DNA of 63,351 bases, the filler included, from Octopus bimaculoides (Eukaryota): assembly GCF_001194135.2 (NCBI RefSeq). It is 7 parts of 5 records of this genome, joined end to end, with 100 filler letters (N's around TTAATTAATTAA, not from the genome) between each part and the next. Parts side by side here need not be neighbours in the genome. Positions count along the whole stretch, not along the records: positions 1 to 28,445 come from NC_068981.1; 6 more parts are not named here. The stretch is one strand, 5' to 3'. Positions within the stretch are counted from its first letter, which is position 1, and every line of letters starts with the position of its first letter. Made by a program: the position numbers and the translations under genes. This document shows, one piece after another, positions 1 to 14,085 of the stretch. Below the pieces are notes generated by a model, which had not been told where the DNA came from, did not search any database, and worked only from the letters and a program-made list of their open reading frames with translations.

Positions 1-2723
1 AGGGGGAAAAAGAGATACGTAGTAGTAACAGAGGAAGAACGAGAGGGGTAAAGCGAGATACGTAGTAGTACAGAGGAAGAACGAGGGGGGGAAGGAAATG
101 AGAAAGAGATAGAGTAGCGTCGGAGGATATGAGTTACGAAAACTACTTACATTTGGAAGATGCTGCGTTCAATCATGTAAAAACAAATAGTAAATGAGTA
201 GGTATGTGCATACCGACATCCACCTGTATGTATAGGTGCATATCTGGGTACAGGACATTGCAAACAAACGTAGACGAGAACACACGAGCCACATATATAT
301 ATATATATGAATGTGTGTATGTTTGTATATGTATATATGTTTACATATGTTTAAATACATGTGCTTGTGATTGTGTGAACGTGTGTGTTTAAAAAATAAC
401 ATTTTGCATGAAGCATTTGTGGCTTTATAAAACACCACTTAATAAGTAGGAATGCGTAGTGTAAGGAGTTAAGATACCAGAAAGCTCCAATTATTTTGTA
501 TTCAAGTATCACATGATCTACTACTGTGAGAGTAATTTACTAATTTTCATTTGAAGTCATTGAATTTTATGAAGTTTTACTCGTGCATTTATATATTTTT
601 CTGACCGTGAAGAATTTGAATTTTCGTGTGCTCAACATACATGCCATAGGCATTTTTACTAGATTTGCGTCTGTTATATATGTATGTGTATAAAAGTGCT
701 TGTATTGTCTTATAACAATATCTTATCATTGACTTAGACACCCAATATTAGATAATAGTTTAGATTTTACAAATATCAGTTATCATTTATTGTATCTTTT
801 CTGGAAAAAATGATTCAAATCTTGTCTTACTCTAAGCTAATATGGTTACTCAATATTAAAAACAAGAAACCCCTCTCAGAAAGCAAATGTCTTCTATATT
901 TTATATATTTATGAATGGTTGTAGCTGCAATGAACTCATGGTTTTGGGTACACAATTTTTTTAAATCAACGTAAAGGAAAAAGTGTTGTGATTAAGTTAG
1001 ATATAATGTCACAAATAATACCGTTTTGTACGCAATCAATTCGCTTAAAAATGTATTCTTATTTATAATTCTACACATGCATTTATGATATGTTACAATA
1101 TGCTACGAATGAGGGCTGCGAAATCAAGCCTCGAACGCCATTCCAGCGATGAATACTTGTCACATTTTTTGAGAATACATAAAATGTACCAAATGACAGT
1201 TTGCAAATGGGAGCTCAGCAGTAAAAACAACCAAAACACTTCCAATTGTAACAGGAATTCTATAATACTTTCGCTTACTTATGCGACGGAATCAAAAACA
1301 ATAAAATAGGCAGGTGCAAGTTATAGATAAAAGAAAACTGGAGAAGCTCATACTATCAAAGTTCTTGAATTTAGAATTTCACAGAGTATAAAAAGGAAAT
1401 ATTCAGAGGCGAGACTCCCTATACAAGATTTATGCAAGAATAATAGAATTGGCAGCACAAAGCTTCCCATCATCATCCAGCATATTCAATGCAACTGTAA
1501 TACAAGTAATAGAAACGAAATCCAACGGTATGAAAATTATTCCCAAAATGTCCACGTGTAGTAACATATGCGCATGCTCATATTAAAGCACACTAATTAA
1601 GACGCACGCAGTGATACTACAATCATTTCTGAAGAAACTGAAATCTATTTCACAGATATAAACAACTCAGAAATTACAATCATAAACTCTGCATGACATG
1701 TATTCAAGAATTTGTTAATAGATACTTCCATGAAATCATAAACCATCTATACAAACGATATACTAATATTTGAGAGAAGCTAGAAAATACAAAGTATACG
1801 AAAATAAAACATACCAGAAGCAACATATGCAAAAGAAATAAAACTCAAACTGTGCAAGATAAACTAGGACTCCAAAAATTTTAGTTTGACATCGATGTTA
1901 GTCATTATGTAAATCGCATACCGTCTCCCAGCAGCACAGACAGAAATAAAAATTCTAGATTTTGCCATCTCCAAAATCCAACTCAGACCATAATTAATTG
2001 ACTTAACGCTATAGGAATGATATTCATTATTTGCATAGTTAACATCCAACGTGAAATAAATCTCCTTCATATATATTCCTTCCTAAATTTCTATAAATAT
2101 AACGGAAAACTTTAATGGAAGTATTTCAGTAAACTTTAAAAATAAAAAAAAAACATTGTTGCCTTCTTTTGTGTGTGTGTGTGTGTAGTGAAGTAGATGG
2201 GATGCTAGATTAATGAGAAAGTGCGAGTACGTTCGGCTTCGGCTCTTCGTAAGATTTGTTGTTTGAATTTAAAACAGAAAATTATCAGTACATTGAAGCA
2301 ATTCGCAAAATAACATCGAAAACTGAGGTTAATAGTATGGCTAAATTCTTTAATTATGCGAGCTTGGTTTTCCTAGGAAAAATAAGAGAGTACTAGACAA
2401 AGTTATAGACGTATCTGTGATTTTCCTCACCAGGATGTGCGGTTTTATAAAGAGAGAGTTCGAAAGAATAAACTTATATGTCCATTGCCTTTTCGTCTCC
2501 CACTCATATATATATANNNNNNNNNNNNNNNNNNNNNNNNNNNNNNNNNNNNNNNNNNNNNNNNNNNNNNNNNNNNNNNNNNNNNNNNNNNNNNNNNNNN
2601 NNNNNNNNNNNNNNNNNNNNNNNNNNNNNNNNNNNNNNNNNNNNNNNNNNNNNNNNNNNNNNNNNNNNNNNNNNNNNNNNNNNNNNNNNNNNNNNNNNNN
2701 NNNNNNNNNNNNNNNNNNNNNNN

Positions 2724-2763
<40 letters not shown>

Positions 2764-2792
2764 CTGTGTGTGTGTATGTATATAACTAAAGA

Positions 2793-3412
2793 CAAAATTA
2801 ATAGGTCACAGAAGTGACCGAGGGCACTGGCCAGCAACGTTTAAGATTAAATTAATTCCTAAAGTCACAAACTAACTCAATGGTTCACAAAGGGATGTAA
2901 GCTCTTACCGAATGAAGCTGGATCGTGATTTTGAATCTTGGCATTGACACCTTAATTCTCACCAGCGGTTTTTAATGCCTAGGATTAAACTCAACTTCCT
3001 TTGTTAATCTCTAAGAAAGACCGTTTAAATCATATGCTGATTTTCCAAACGGTGTAAGTGTAAAACAACTATAAAAGAGGGTGGCTTCTTAGAAATTAGA
3101 ACCTAGAGCCAAAATTAATAGAGGTCACAAAAGTGACGGAGGGTGCTGAACAGCACCGTTCATGCTAATATAAGTTAAGCTAACTCCGAAGTCATAAATG
3201 GCTAACCCAATGATTGACAAAGGGAGGCGAGCCCCTATCGTATGTATGAGAATTAAAGGGTCAACACCAAGATTCGAAATCGCGATCCGGCTTCATACGA
3301 TATATGGTTACCTCCCCTTGTGAATCACTGAGTTAGTTTTTAGTGGCTTTGGAGTTAATTAAAGCCTTATTTTAGCATAAATTGTGCTGTCCAGCACCCT
3401 TCGTTACTTTTT
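2793..3412. mobile_element. Foldback/MITE-like element: one complete palindromic copy (~3110-3412) plus a partial copy in opposite orientation (~2793-2960)
   Basis: AAAAGTGACGGAGGGTGCTGAACAGCAC (3129-3156) is the imperfect reverse complement of GTGCTGTCCAGCACCCTTCGTTACTTTT (3384-3411), and the arms extend ~100 bp. 2800-2960 aligns as the reverse complement of 3248-3410. No coding capacity. Confidence 0.65.
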
Positions 3413-3610
3413 AAATTAGTTTTATGATTATATATNNNNNNNNNNNNNNNNNNNNNNNNNNNNNNNNNNNNNNNNNNNNNNNNNNNNNNNNNNNNNNNNN
3501 NNNNNNNNNNNNNNNNNNNNNNNNNNNNNNNNNNNNNNNNNNNNNNNNNNNNNNNNNNNNNNNNNNNNNNNNNNNNNNNNNNNNNNNNTATACATATATA
3601 TATATTGTAG

Positions 3611-3850
3611 GATTCAGTTGGTTACGACGACAACAGAACAGGCTGCTCGTGAAATTAAAGTGCAAGTGGCTGACCACTCCATAGACACATGTACCCTTAA
3701 TGTAATTCTCGGGGAGATTCAGCATGACACAGAGTGTGACAAAGCTGGCCCTTTGAAATAATGGTACAGCAGAAACAGGAAGAAAGAGTGAGAGAAAGTT
3801 GTGGTGAAAGAGTACAGCAAGAGTCAGCCCCCTGCTGGAGCCTCGTGGAG
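3611..3850. mobile_element. Partial SINE-like interspersed repeat
   Basis: CTGCTCGTGAAATTAAAGTGCAAGTGGCTGACCACTCC...GGGGAGATTCAGCATGACACAGAGTGTGACAAAGCTGGCCCTTTGAAAT matches an abundant octopus repeat as I recall it. Single copy in this window. Confidence 0.55.
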
Positions 3851-4767
3851 CAGTAGAGTAATCTAATAAAGACAGATATGGACGTGGCGCACAGAGTAAT
3901 CTGAAAGAACGCTCACGATTATCTTTATCCAACACACTCACACAAACACATAACTTTTAGGACTGATGGGTATATGTCAATTAGTATGTTGAGTAAACCA
4001 CGTTCATTTACGCATACTTTGGTGACATCTACAGTATGGGTATATTTCCTCTGGATCTACGTTAGGAATTCCGCAGTGTTAGTTGAGATAATTGATGAAA
4101 GACACGAAAGATAGATTTAGCACTAGACTTTATACAGTACGACGATCGTTCCGACCCATCCTGCAACTGTCCGTTATAGGTAGGATAGTATGGATCTAAT
4201 ATACTGACTTGTCCTAGTCACGTTGCTCTTAACCGCTGGATTTTGGTTATGACAGTTACGTCCCTAAATTTGGAAAGCGAAATTTTCGGATACTGTAGTA
4301 ATGATCGCTATATCGTTTTGGTGACCTGGTCAAGTCTCTGATTTAAATAGGAAACAGATCTATACAAAGCTTACGTAAATCACACTAGCAGTAGTACAAG
4401 AAGTATAACACATTCTCCATCAAAATACTTTTCGTAGATTACATTCCAGCGATTTGCTACCGGAGAACCAAGCTAAAGGCAATATACTACCACCATAAAT
4501 AATGTTATACGCTTCCGGTTAACATGTCTGAAGAATCCAGTGACAGTATTCAGCGTGAACCCGACATTAAAATACTGGTAAATTATATTCTATAACATAT
4601 AATATATTGCATCATGATATAAATTTAAAGCCAGTATCTTACTTTTCAGCAGGTTTTATTTCTTACGTATTGACTTATGGATAACTGATTTGATATATAT
4701 ATATTGCGTGTGTGTGAGTCCTGCGTTCGTGTATATATATGTATACACACGCACTGACACTCACACA

Positions 4768-4808
<41 letters not shown>

Positions 4809-5039
4809 ACACACATATGTATATAATTAAATATTCATGCGTATGCATGTGTGAATATGTATGTATGTATGTATGTATTTATACATGCCTGCATGTATAT
4901 ATGTACAATTATATATTCGAATACTGAGACGGAATATCCAAAAAGAAAAAGAGAGACCGAGAGATAGACAGAGAAGAGAAGCATGCCGATAGAAAAGAGA
5001 GAAATTTCGATCTAGCATGCGTAATAATCTGCAATCCTT

Positions 5040-5487
5040 TTTTATCTTTACTTGTTTGAGACATCAGACTACCGTCATGCTGGGGCACTGACCTGAAGAA
5101 CTTTAGTTGAAAGAATCGACTCCAGTACTTTATTTTTAAGAAGTACGGGACTTATTCTTTCTGTCCCTTTTTCCCGTATCGAAAATGTAAACGCAGTGAC
5201 ACCTGTGTAGGATTAGGTTATGGGGAAGGGGGCAGCAGACTCAATGATTCTCACTCATTCTTTCCCTCTTTCTCTTTCTTTCTTTCTCTCTCTCTCCCTC
5301 TCTTCCTCTTTCACTCTAACACATAGACACACGGCAGACTTCTGTCAGTGTCTGTGAAAAACACCCAACGCAAGGATTCGGTCAACTGGAGATTATAGTA
5401 GATGTCCTTCGTCTAAAGTGCCACGCAGCGGGACTGAATCCAGAACCATGTGGTCGGGAATTAAAGTGCTTACCACACAGCCACGCA
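5040..5487 (-). mobile_element. tRNA-derived SINE (family B), near full length, internal CT-rich tract
   Basis: On the minus strand a tRNA-like head (CGTGGCTGTGTGGTAAG...GGTTCTGGATTCAGTCCC) lies at 5487-5400. The 3' body (5040-5210) aligns with the plus-strand copy at 44550-44825. Confidence 0.7.
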
Positions 5488-8400
5488 TGACAAATCTTAA
5501 AGAGGGGGAGAAAGTTAAAAGCGTACTTAGCGTTTATTGTATTTTTCAACGGTGGAGAATATTACGACTGTTGTCTATTCAGTAAATAATGTAGATCCTG
5601 GACCTGTATATACCGTAGATAGAGATTACGTAGAGAAATAAACCGTGTGCGTGATGCATGGAAAAATAAAACTATGAAATATATTATTGACGAAACTTGT
5701 CATAAAGTTGAAATCCTTGCAAGTTGATAATATTAGTACTCATACAATATTCATATTACAACATAAGTTAAGACAAGAAATAGTAAATTAACCAGTTATA
5801 AGATAGAACGTCGTGTTTGAGTAAGAATACATAAAGATACAGGAAGTTGTAAAATTTCTATTGGATTGAAATGGGTGAAAGAGAGAGAGAGAGAAGGAGA
5901 GAGAGAGATAGAGAGAAGGAGATAGAGAGAGAGAGAGAACGAGAGAACGAGAGAACGAGAGAGAATGAGAGAACGAGAGAGAATGAGAGAACGAAAGAGA
6001 CGTGAGGGTACAACATGAGTGAATAACACTGAAGCGTGACGTGATATATTGAAAAGAACGTAGAAGTCAATAGATTGATGGGCTTCGAAGGAAAACCTTG
6101 GAAGATTAAAATCAGAAATGAATTGAAAGAGTGATAAGAAGATGACAAAGTTTGAAATTGCAAGATAATTTAAGGCAGGTATGTGTGTGTGTGTTAAATA
6201 AAATGAAACAACAAAGCCAAGGCTGTGTGGAATTTTCAGGTCATTTATAAAGAGAAATTTAGTCTTACAACTGTTTCTAGGATATTGGGGATATCCTTTC
6301 GTCGGAGAGGATGTGAGATAGTTAAATAGAGGGAAATATTAGAGTTCAATATAAGGAGTTATTTTGAAACGGAAGGAAATAAAGTGCTTATAGAGAAACA
6401 GGAGAAAGAATGTAGAAATAAAAAAAAAATACATATATAAAGATTGTATAGTTGCAGTTCCATTATCCAATTAAAGTGGTGTGTAGAAGTGGTAGAATGC
6501 TTGTCGTCCGTGATATGTAAACTCCAATAGGCGTTCATATATTGTCATTACAGATGGAAAGTGTGGAGACGTAGATCTTATGTGCTGTTCATCGAAAGGG
6601 GTCTTGTGTTGTGAATGACAATTTGAGAATGTAGTGGTAGTATTAAGTAGATAGATGGCGGGGGGGGGGGAGTTAAAATGAGGAGAGAGGTAAAAGGAAA
6701 AGGTGAGAAAATAAGCAAAGAAAGAGGAAGAGAAAATGAAAACGGTAAGAGAAAATGAGAAAAAAAGGAGTGAAAGAAAGTGAGAAAAAAACAGAAAAAA
6801 GAGTGTTAGTTGATGGCCAAGATTTTATGACGGAGAAGAAAGAGGAGTATGGGAGGGGTAGGAATAGATAAGAACGTGAGCAATAAATACGTGTGAGGTG
6901 TGTCTGATGGGGTGATATGTTAGAATGACTCTAATGGATGGGTACAGAAAAAGGCATAGGAGTGGATTTTCTAAAGTGAGTAGTAAACCTGAAAACGGAA
7001 TGGAAGAATACTAAGACTGGTCAAGATTCTATAAATAAACTTATGTGTGTATTCTACTGGCTAATGTGATGGTGCGTGTTGAGGAATCAGAGAGAAAGTG
7101 AGAAAGAAATATATATTGATATATGCACGGGCGCACATATGTACATATATATATGTACGTGCGTAGTTGTGTATTTAAACCCGTACGCATACATGCAAGC
7201 ATATACATATACACGAAAATACATATACACGTATATATATACATATACATACAGATCTAGTGTCTTTCATTCGCAAAATAAGTCCCTTTAATTTTGCTCA
7301 GATTGCTTTCAATTTTGGTGTATCGATGGAACTCTGAATTTTGATTACGATCAACCAGTTACTTTATCTCGTCATCTAAAGAATGTGATGTTATTTGGAC
7401 TTAAATTTGGGAAATTTTAGCCACTCAACAGACAGCTAGCCATTAACAGCTTGTTACCATGACAACCGCACATTGTGTTGTGTTCCACCAACATGTGTTG
7501 ATTCTTCACACAACGAGATTTACTTTACTCGCGTGTCTTGCCCTAATAACAATTTATATTTATCAATTAGAATTTTATTATAGATATTTTTCATCAATTG
7601 TCTCAATATTGTACATATTTTTGATATATAGCAAAAGTTGTTTGCGATGTTTATACAGTTTCTGCTATTATGAAGTTGAATGGAATATGTGAACTTAGTA
7701 CGTATAATTTGACATTACTTTTGAATTCTGCATGCAAAGACATATAGGGTAGAGGTATTCTTTTTCTTGGGACACATTCTTTGTTGACCAGTGTTGTTCT
7801 TATCGTAGTTTACAAATCCAAGCATGAACACGTTACTCAACTTTGAATTTTTGGAGGCAGACACATACACACATACAAACATGCACATATATATTAATGA
7901 TGCACACACAATTTAAAAATATTAATAAAAACATAGAATCAATGAAGAAATATAAGAAGAAGCAAGATGATGCATGTTGATTTTATTAAGTATTTCTGTT
8001 CATTTGGAAACCTACAATGAAGAGGTCATTTCACAGACGCTAAACTATAAATTTCACAGTGTACAACCTTAAAGTTGACACCGCTAAACGCAGAAAGCTT
8101 CGGTCTCACTACTGGCTATAAATACACCGTTTTTATTTTCGATTTTTAAACCACTGTAACATTTTCCTCCACCTTTCTTTACCTCCACATCAAGCATTCA
8201 TACCAATTCGACTGGAAAACATTATTATAGCCAATTTTCCGGGGTTTCTTTTACTGNNNNNNNNNNNNNNNNNNNNNNNNNNNNNNNNNNNNNNNNNNNN
8301 NNNNNNNNNNNNNNNNNNNNNNNNNNNNNNNNNNNNNNNNNNNNNNNNNNNNNNNNNNNNNNNNNNNNNNNNNNNNNNNNNNNNNNNNNNNNNNNNNNNN

Positions 8401-11400
8401 NNNNNNNNNNNNNNNNNNNNNNNNNNNNNNNNNNNNNNNNNNNNNNNNNNNNNNNNNNNNNNNNNNNNNNNNNNNNNNNNNNNNNNNNNNNNNNNNNNNN
8501 NNNNNNNNNNNNNNNNNNNNNNNNNNNNNNNNNNNNNNNNNNNNNNNNNNNNNNNNNNNNNNNNNNNNNNNNNNNNNNNNNNNNNNNNNNNNNNNNNNNN
8601 NNNNNNNNNNNNNNNNNNNNNNNNNNNNNNNNNNNNNNNNNNNNNNNNNNNNNNNNNNNNNNNNNNNNNNNNNNNNNNNNNNNNNNTATATATATATGTA
8701 TATAACTTCCTTATTATAAATGTTCTGACAATTCCACATAGCCTTGGTTTTGTTGTTTCATTTTATTTAGCACATACATGCTCTTCAAACCCGCATTAGA
8801 CTCCTCAATCCTATCATTATAGAACCGAGAGTGTAACTACGGTCCTTCCATATGTGTGTATATGTATGTGTATACATACGCTCATACACAAGCTCTCACA
8901 CATTCATGAGACAAATAATTCTAATATTGTTATCATAGTGCAAACAAGACTGTTAAATTATGAGACTTTATATAGAGAAACACGCAGATTTAATAGAAAA
9001 TTTACTGTCTAGCCTACCTTAGCACATTAATAATTTCCATATCACATACTGCCACTAATATAAATATGTAAGGTGCGTAACGCATCAAGATATTAATGCC
9101 ATTTATTCCGTCTGAAACAAATATAATGAAATATTTCCTAATTCCGATTCGTGATATTTAGTGTATTACAAAACGAAACAAACAAAAAATGTTCTTCTTT
9201 GAAAAAAAACGTAAACAAATTTATATTCAACAGGTAATATCTTCCTCACCCCAATATTTGTAAATTTATATTTAATCGGATCGATAAAAGCCATTATTAG
9301 TTAATTCTTTAGTTAAATTTTGCATGGATCAGAAAGATTTATATATTATTAGAGACTGGAAAATAGAAAATAATGCTTATAAATGTAGCAAACTGTAAAT
9401 GATTTTGTGTTTAATGTAGGAGTAAATGATGAGTTTTAAACACGCAAATCATGTAAATATTTAATCGAGTATTTTATATGTATTTTTACATCTAGCTACA
9501 TTATTTGTATTATTAATGTCTCTATTCATATTTTCTAATTCACTGAATATATAATTTAAATAATCCGTCCCCATTTAGCAATTTCCTACAACATTATGTA
9601 ATACAAATTTAGTAAAATATTGAATATTTTTCTTTCTCTTTGTCTATGTTACTTTTACCAACTGTGTATGAGTGTATGTGTGCATGCGTGCGCATGCATA
9701 CTTACGTATATATCTGTGCATTTGTGGGCATCTGTGTATGTGCAATAAATATATAAACATATCTTTGTTACTGCTTTTAAATAGCAATATACTCGGTGCA
9801 GCATAGAGTGCTTTACTGTAAAAAGAGTCTGAAAGATGATACGCTGAGTAAAATTATGTGAATATGTATGTCCAGTATATCGGTAATAAGACGCATGCAC
9901 AGATGTTTTTGAATAAATAAATCAAATGTATATCGATATATAATGACTGGTAATTGGTGAAACTATTACAAAGCGCCTAATATTATGCATGCTTGTACTC
10001 TAGAAGAGAAAATGTCCTTCGCCATACGTCAAAGAATATCTTGCTGGTTTGTTGCCACGTAGCGTTTCATATGTATTACATCATCGAATGCGTTTTGTTT
10101 CTTTTTGTCTAACGCAGTTCGCTTATTTTTGACGACTTTCTATTGGTTTTATGCTTTCATAAAAAAATGACTGTGAAAAATCACAAGATTCATATCTTGG
10201 ACACAATAACTTTTCAAATCTCTTCTTTTAATTAACTCACGAGTAATCCTTATGACATTTTCACATTTTTTTTTGTTGCTTCATCGTATAGATTATATTA
10301 GAAACCTATCTCATTACAACGATAAAGTGTATCTTGTTGAGACCATCCACGTTAACTGTCATTTAGTTATTTGTAACTCGCTTCAATTTACGCCAGGAAC
10401 TATGCATTGAGATTCCAGTTACAAGATGAAGGTTATAATAGTGTCTGAGCTTATCTTGCAGCTCAAAAATTTGTTACATGTGTAAACAAGCATTTCAAAT
10501 TATTCGATACCATCCATTATTTCTGTCTCCTGGCCTAAAAAACGCCAGTTACACATCAACTCTGCCAGGGGATGTCGTCTCAAGCACATTTGAAAAATTC
10601 GTCAGTGCCTCCCAGACAGCTCGCGAAGTTTCATCACTTATGCATGCGTTTGAACACGGTTCTGTCGACTAGACACAACCCCAGTGTTCATCTAAAATAA
10701 TATTCCAAATTTTTACTAGTGCTAAAGATATGAACTCTCCATAATAGTGATTGGTTAAACTCTTCCGAACAAATACTTTTCGTTTAAGATGTAGACTGGT
10801 ATTATTCTGAAGGCGCTAACTTCCCTTGTGTTCATTTCAAGCACGATCAAGTTATAGTAGGTAACTATAAAGTTCTTTCGACAACTCCACTTCGAATCCG
10901 CCTGCAAGTAAGACATATGTAGGCCTCGTTGTCGCTGAAGACGCGTTCGTTCTCGAAAAACATGTGTTGCTGATTATTATCACAACTATAGTATGTTAAA
11001 CGTTTTGTGTATTTTTACAGCCACGATGCTGCACGCCAACATACATATATATTTTGCAATCTCAAAATGACAGTGTTGATAAAATACTATATAGGATAAG
11101 AGAGATGTCACTTACCTTAGCTCTGCAGAACAAAATGAAGCGATCGCCTGCGCAAACTAGGTTACTTAACGCAAATATTTGTTTTGCGTTGTCTGGTAGA
11201 TTTATTCACGTTTAGTAATTAATACCCATTGATTTTTATATTTTTGGTCGTTCCTCTTTAAGAAATTAATGTATACATATTTAAATGACATTTACGGAAA
11301 TACCAGAGTTATGCTATGTTTTGAAAACAACTAAATCGTTATGGCTTTGGTTTGTATGAGAAAATTATAACGATTGCTAGTTTGCCTGTTACTATTCGAC

Positions 11401-12156
11401 CTGTGGTCATTTTGTACTAATGATGGTGCTTATGTGTTTTCATATCCTTGTGAGAATAATTTTAGGTTCAGCTGCCGTTGTAGTATCTTCTTTGTGTTTA
11501 CTCATGGCAATCGATTGATTGCATGTTTGCATATATAGTATGTGTTGTTCAGAACGTGGACGTGGTTGATTTCATTATATGTTTGCATTTGGAGTTAACT
11601 GATTTGCACTTCATTGCTCTGCCAAATTTTCTATTTTCTTTTAGTGGACAGAGATATTTTCACCTAGTTCTAGGAATATCCTGGAATATTCTGTTTTCAC
11701 CCTTCTTCTCCTCGTCATATGTGGATAAGCAAAGTAGGTGCATGTGTTTATGTATGTGTATGCCTGTGTTCCGTATTGCTGTTGGTGTTGTTCTTCCCTG
11801 TGGGGCAATTCTTTGAAACAACTACTTCCAAAGTTTCTGGCTGTAAACACATTCGATGTTTTACATGTATTTCTCCTTGCCAATTTTGCTTTTCTGGTGG
11901 TGCTTCTTTTACTGCTCACATTGTAGCTGCTGCGTATTTGTATCTTGAAGTGGTTACAAGTTTGTTTGTCAGTAAGGAAATATCCACATGTCATATCACT
12001 AAACAAAAAAACATCCAAGCAGTTTCCTATAGCTGTTCTGTCATCTAACACTGCACTAATTAATTGCGTTTAGTCTGAACACATACGTCAAATTAAAGAG
12101 TAATATGAAGCCTGTCTGGTTCACGGCGACAACGATAGTTGCGATGATGCTAATGA

Positions 12157-12227
<71 letters not shown>

Positions 12228-13429
12228 ATACTACTGCTACATTCCTCTGAATGACATCACTATTACCTACCTTTAATTCAGTATATGTTGATAAGGTTTA
12301 GCTTGCAAGGAGTCTATTTTTTTTCGAAACAGATAGGATAGCAAAATCTCTTCGTTGAAATTAGAGGAGAAGCCCACTCGAAGAAAATTTACATCTAGCC
12401 TAGTATCAGTAAGTATCTGCTCATCAGCAAACACGCATGACAAATTAATGATTCAGAAGGCGCAATCAACAGCTGGATTCTCTAATTGTAGATAAAGATC
12501 CTTTTCAAAATGTGCAAGGGTAAATGCACTGAATTGGATTAGGGTATAATTGTTAGGCATTAAATTATATCCAAAGCCGTGTGGGCATTCACCATTCCTG
12601 AGTGACCATTGATTCCTTTCGGTCTATTTCTAAGTAAGGCTGTCCAACTTTCACGGAAGTTGCCCTTCCGTCTCTTCACCTAGAGGTCAGTATTCGAAAC
12701 ACGCTCCAGGCAATGTGACCGATCTCGTTCTGCATCTAATTACAACGAGGTTCCGTGGCATAAAATACTTGTCCAGCTTCCGAACTTATGCTGACTTATT
12801 AGGATTTTTATTTGGCTATGGTTATCATCTCATACTACTTTAGACTATGGTTGACTGCTTTCACTTCTGTGATGTCCAGTTGCTATGGCTCCATAACATA
12901 TAGAGCAAAAGATAAAATAAGATTCTTACAGTCGGAGCACAATACATGAGAAAGATTCCGAAACCTGTCTGATTTCGTTGACCAACAGGAAATTACCACT
13001 ACGCATTACTGTAAATGCATCTTAAACCAGCTCTTTGAGGTCAGATTCAAAGTGGCGATAATCCATATATCGGAACTTTTCTACTGATCCAAATAGAAAA
13101 CAAAAACACAATCAGATTGTTTTTTCAGAGTTTCTATACTGTAAATTTAGGGCGGATGTTATTTTACGTGGAATTATGGGGCAACACAAAACTTTTGCTT
13201 CTCTGACAAATAGATACTTCATTTTTGGCTACAAAACACCAAGTCATTGAAGTTAAGGATAAATGACGAGATAAAAATAATATGGTAATGATGATGATCA
13301 TAGTGACAACAACAACAACCACAACCACAACCACAACCATCATTACAACAACACCAACGGAAACATTGCCTCTTTTCGACAGGTTAGATTATCAGCGGTG
13401 GTTCTAAATAACTGAAAGATTATTCAAAT

Positions 13430-13740
13430 CTAGTGGGCTACAACAGATTCTCTGCTCAATACCACAGACTTGCATGTCAGTTGTTTCACCTTAACCAGTT
13501 GAGCATGTCGCTTTATGGCTGACGATATGTGCATCTTTGATCACCAGCATAAGTTGTGGGGGAGCATCATAGCCATGTGTTAAAAGGAATTCTTTGGGTT
13601 TAGATAATTCACGCCTGGAAACATAAGTGTTTCGTTCAACAGTCTTAAACAACCCTTACTCAGGGAACTTTTGAGCAGGATGGGCTGCTCGACCTGACAA
13701 ACATTCTAACTGGGCCCCACCAGCAAGGTCATGCACTGCT
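13430..13740 (-). mobile_element. Interspersed repeat family D (SINE or LINE 3' end)
   Basis: Reverse complement aligns with the copies at 26200-26640 and 32135-32600 (shared CATGACCTTGCAGGTG, AAACACCCAT, TATCGTCAGCCACTAA blocks). Confidence 0.75.
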
Positions 13741-13744
13741 CGCT

Positions 13745-13822
<78 letters not shown>

Positions 13823-14026
13823 TAATAATAATGGAAGAAATGGAAGACAAAATGATGGAATATGATATAGAAAATGATGATAATATTAAATACCAAGCAA
13901 GATTCGAATGAAAGATAAGACATGTTTTAATTAGTGTCTTGTCTATGTGTGAATATCTCTTCCCACACCAAACTGCAACGAATCCAAATACAAAGAAAAA
14001 ATAGGTTAATTATAGATTACTCCTTA

Positions 14027-14085
14027 ATTATAGATAATTATAGATTACTCCTTAATTATAGATAATTATAGATTACTCCTTAATT
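14027..14085. repeat. 28-bp AT-rich minisatellite, ~2-3 copies
   Basis: TAATTATAGATTACTCCTTAATTATAGA repeated in tandem. Confidence 0.85.

Noticed and set aside
1300-2070. A-rich, ORF-like stretch suggestive of a decayed transposon
   Set aside because: No diagnostic motif found in any frame.
11641-12051. 136-aa minus-strand ORF and overlapping Cys-rich plus-strand ORFs
   Set aside because: No recognisable domain, no convincing start context, and overlapping ORFs on both strands are expected by chance at this length.
12570-12920. Possible RTE-like C-terminal remnant on the minus strand (YGA...GHI...R.GR)
   Set aside because: Too degenerate to support by eye.
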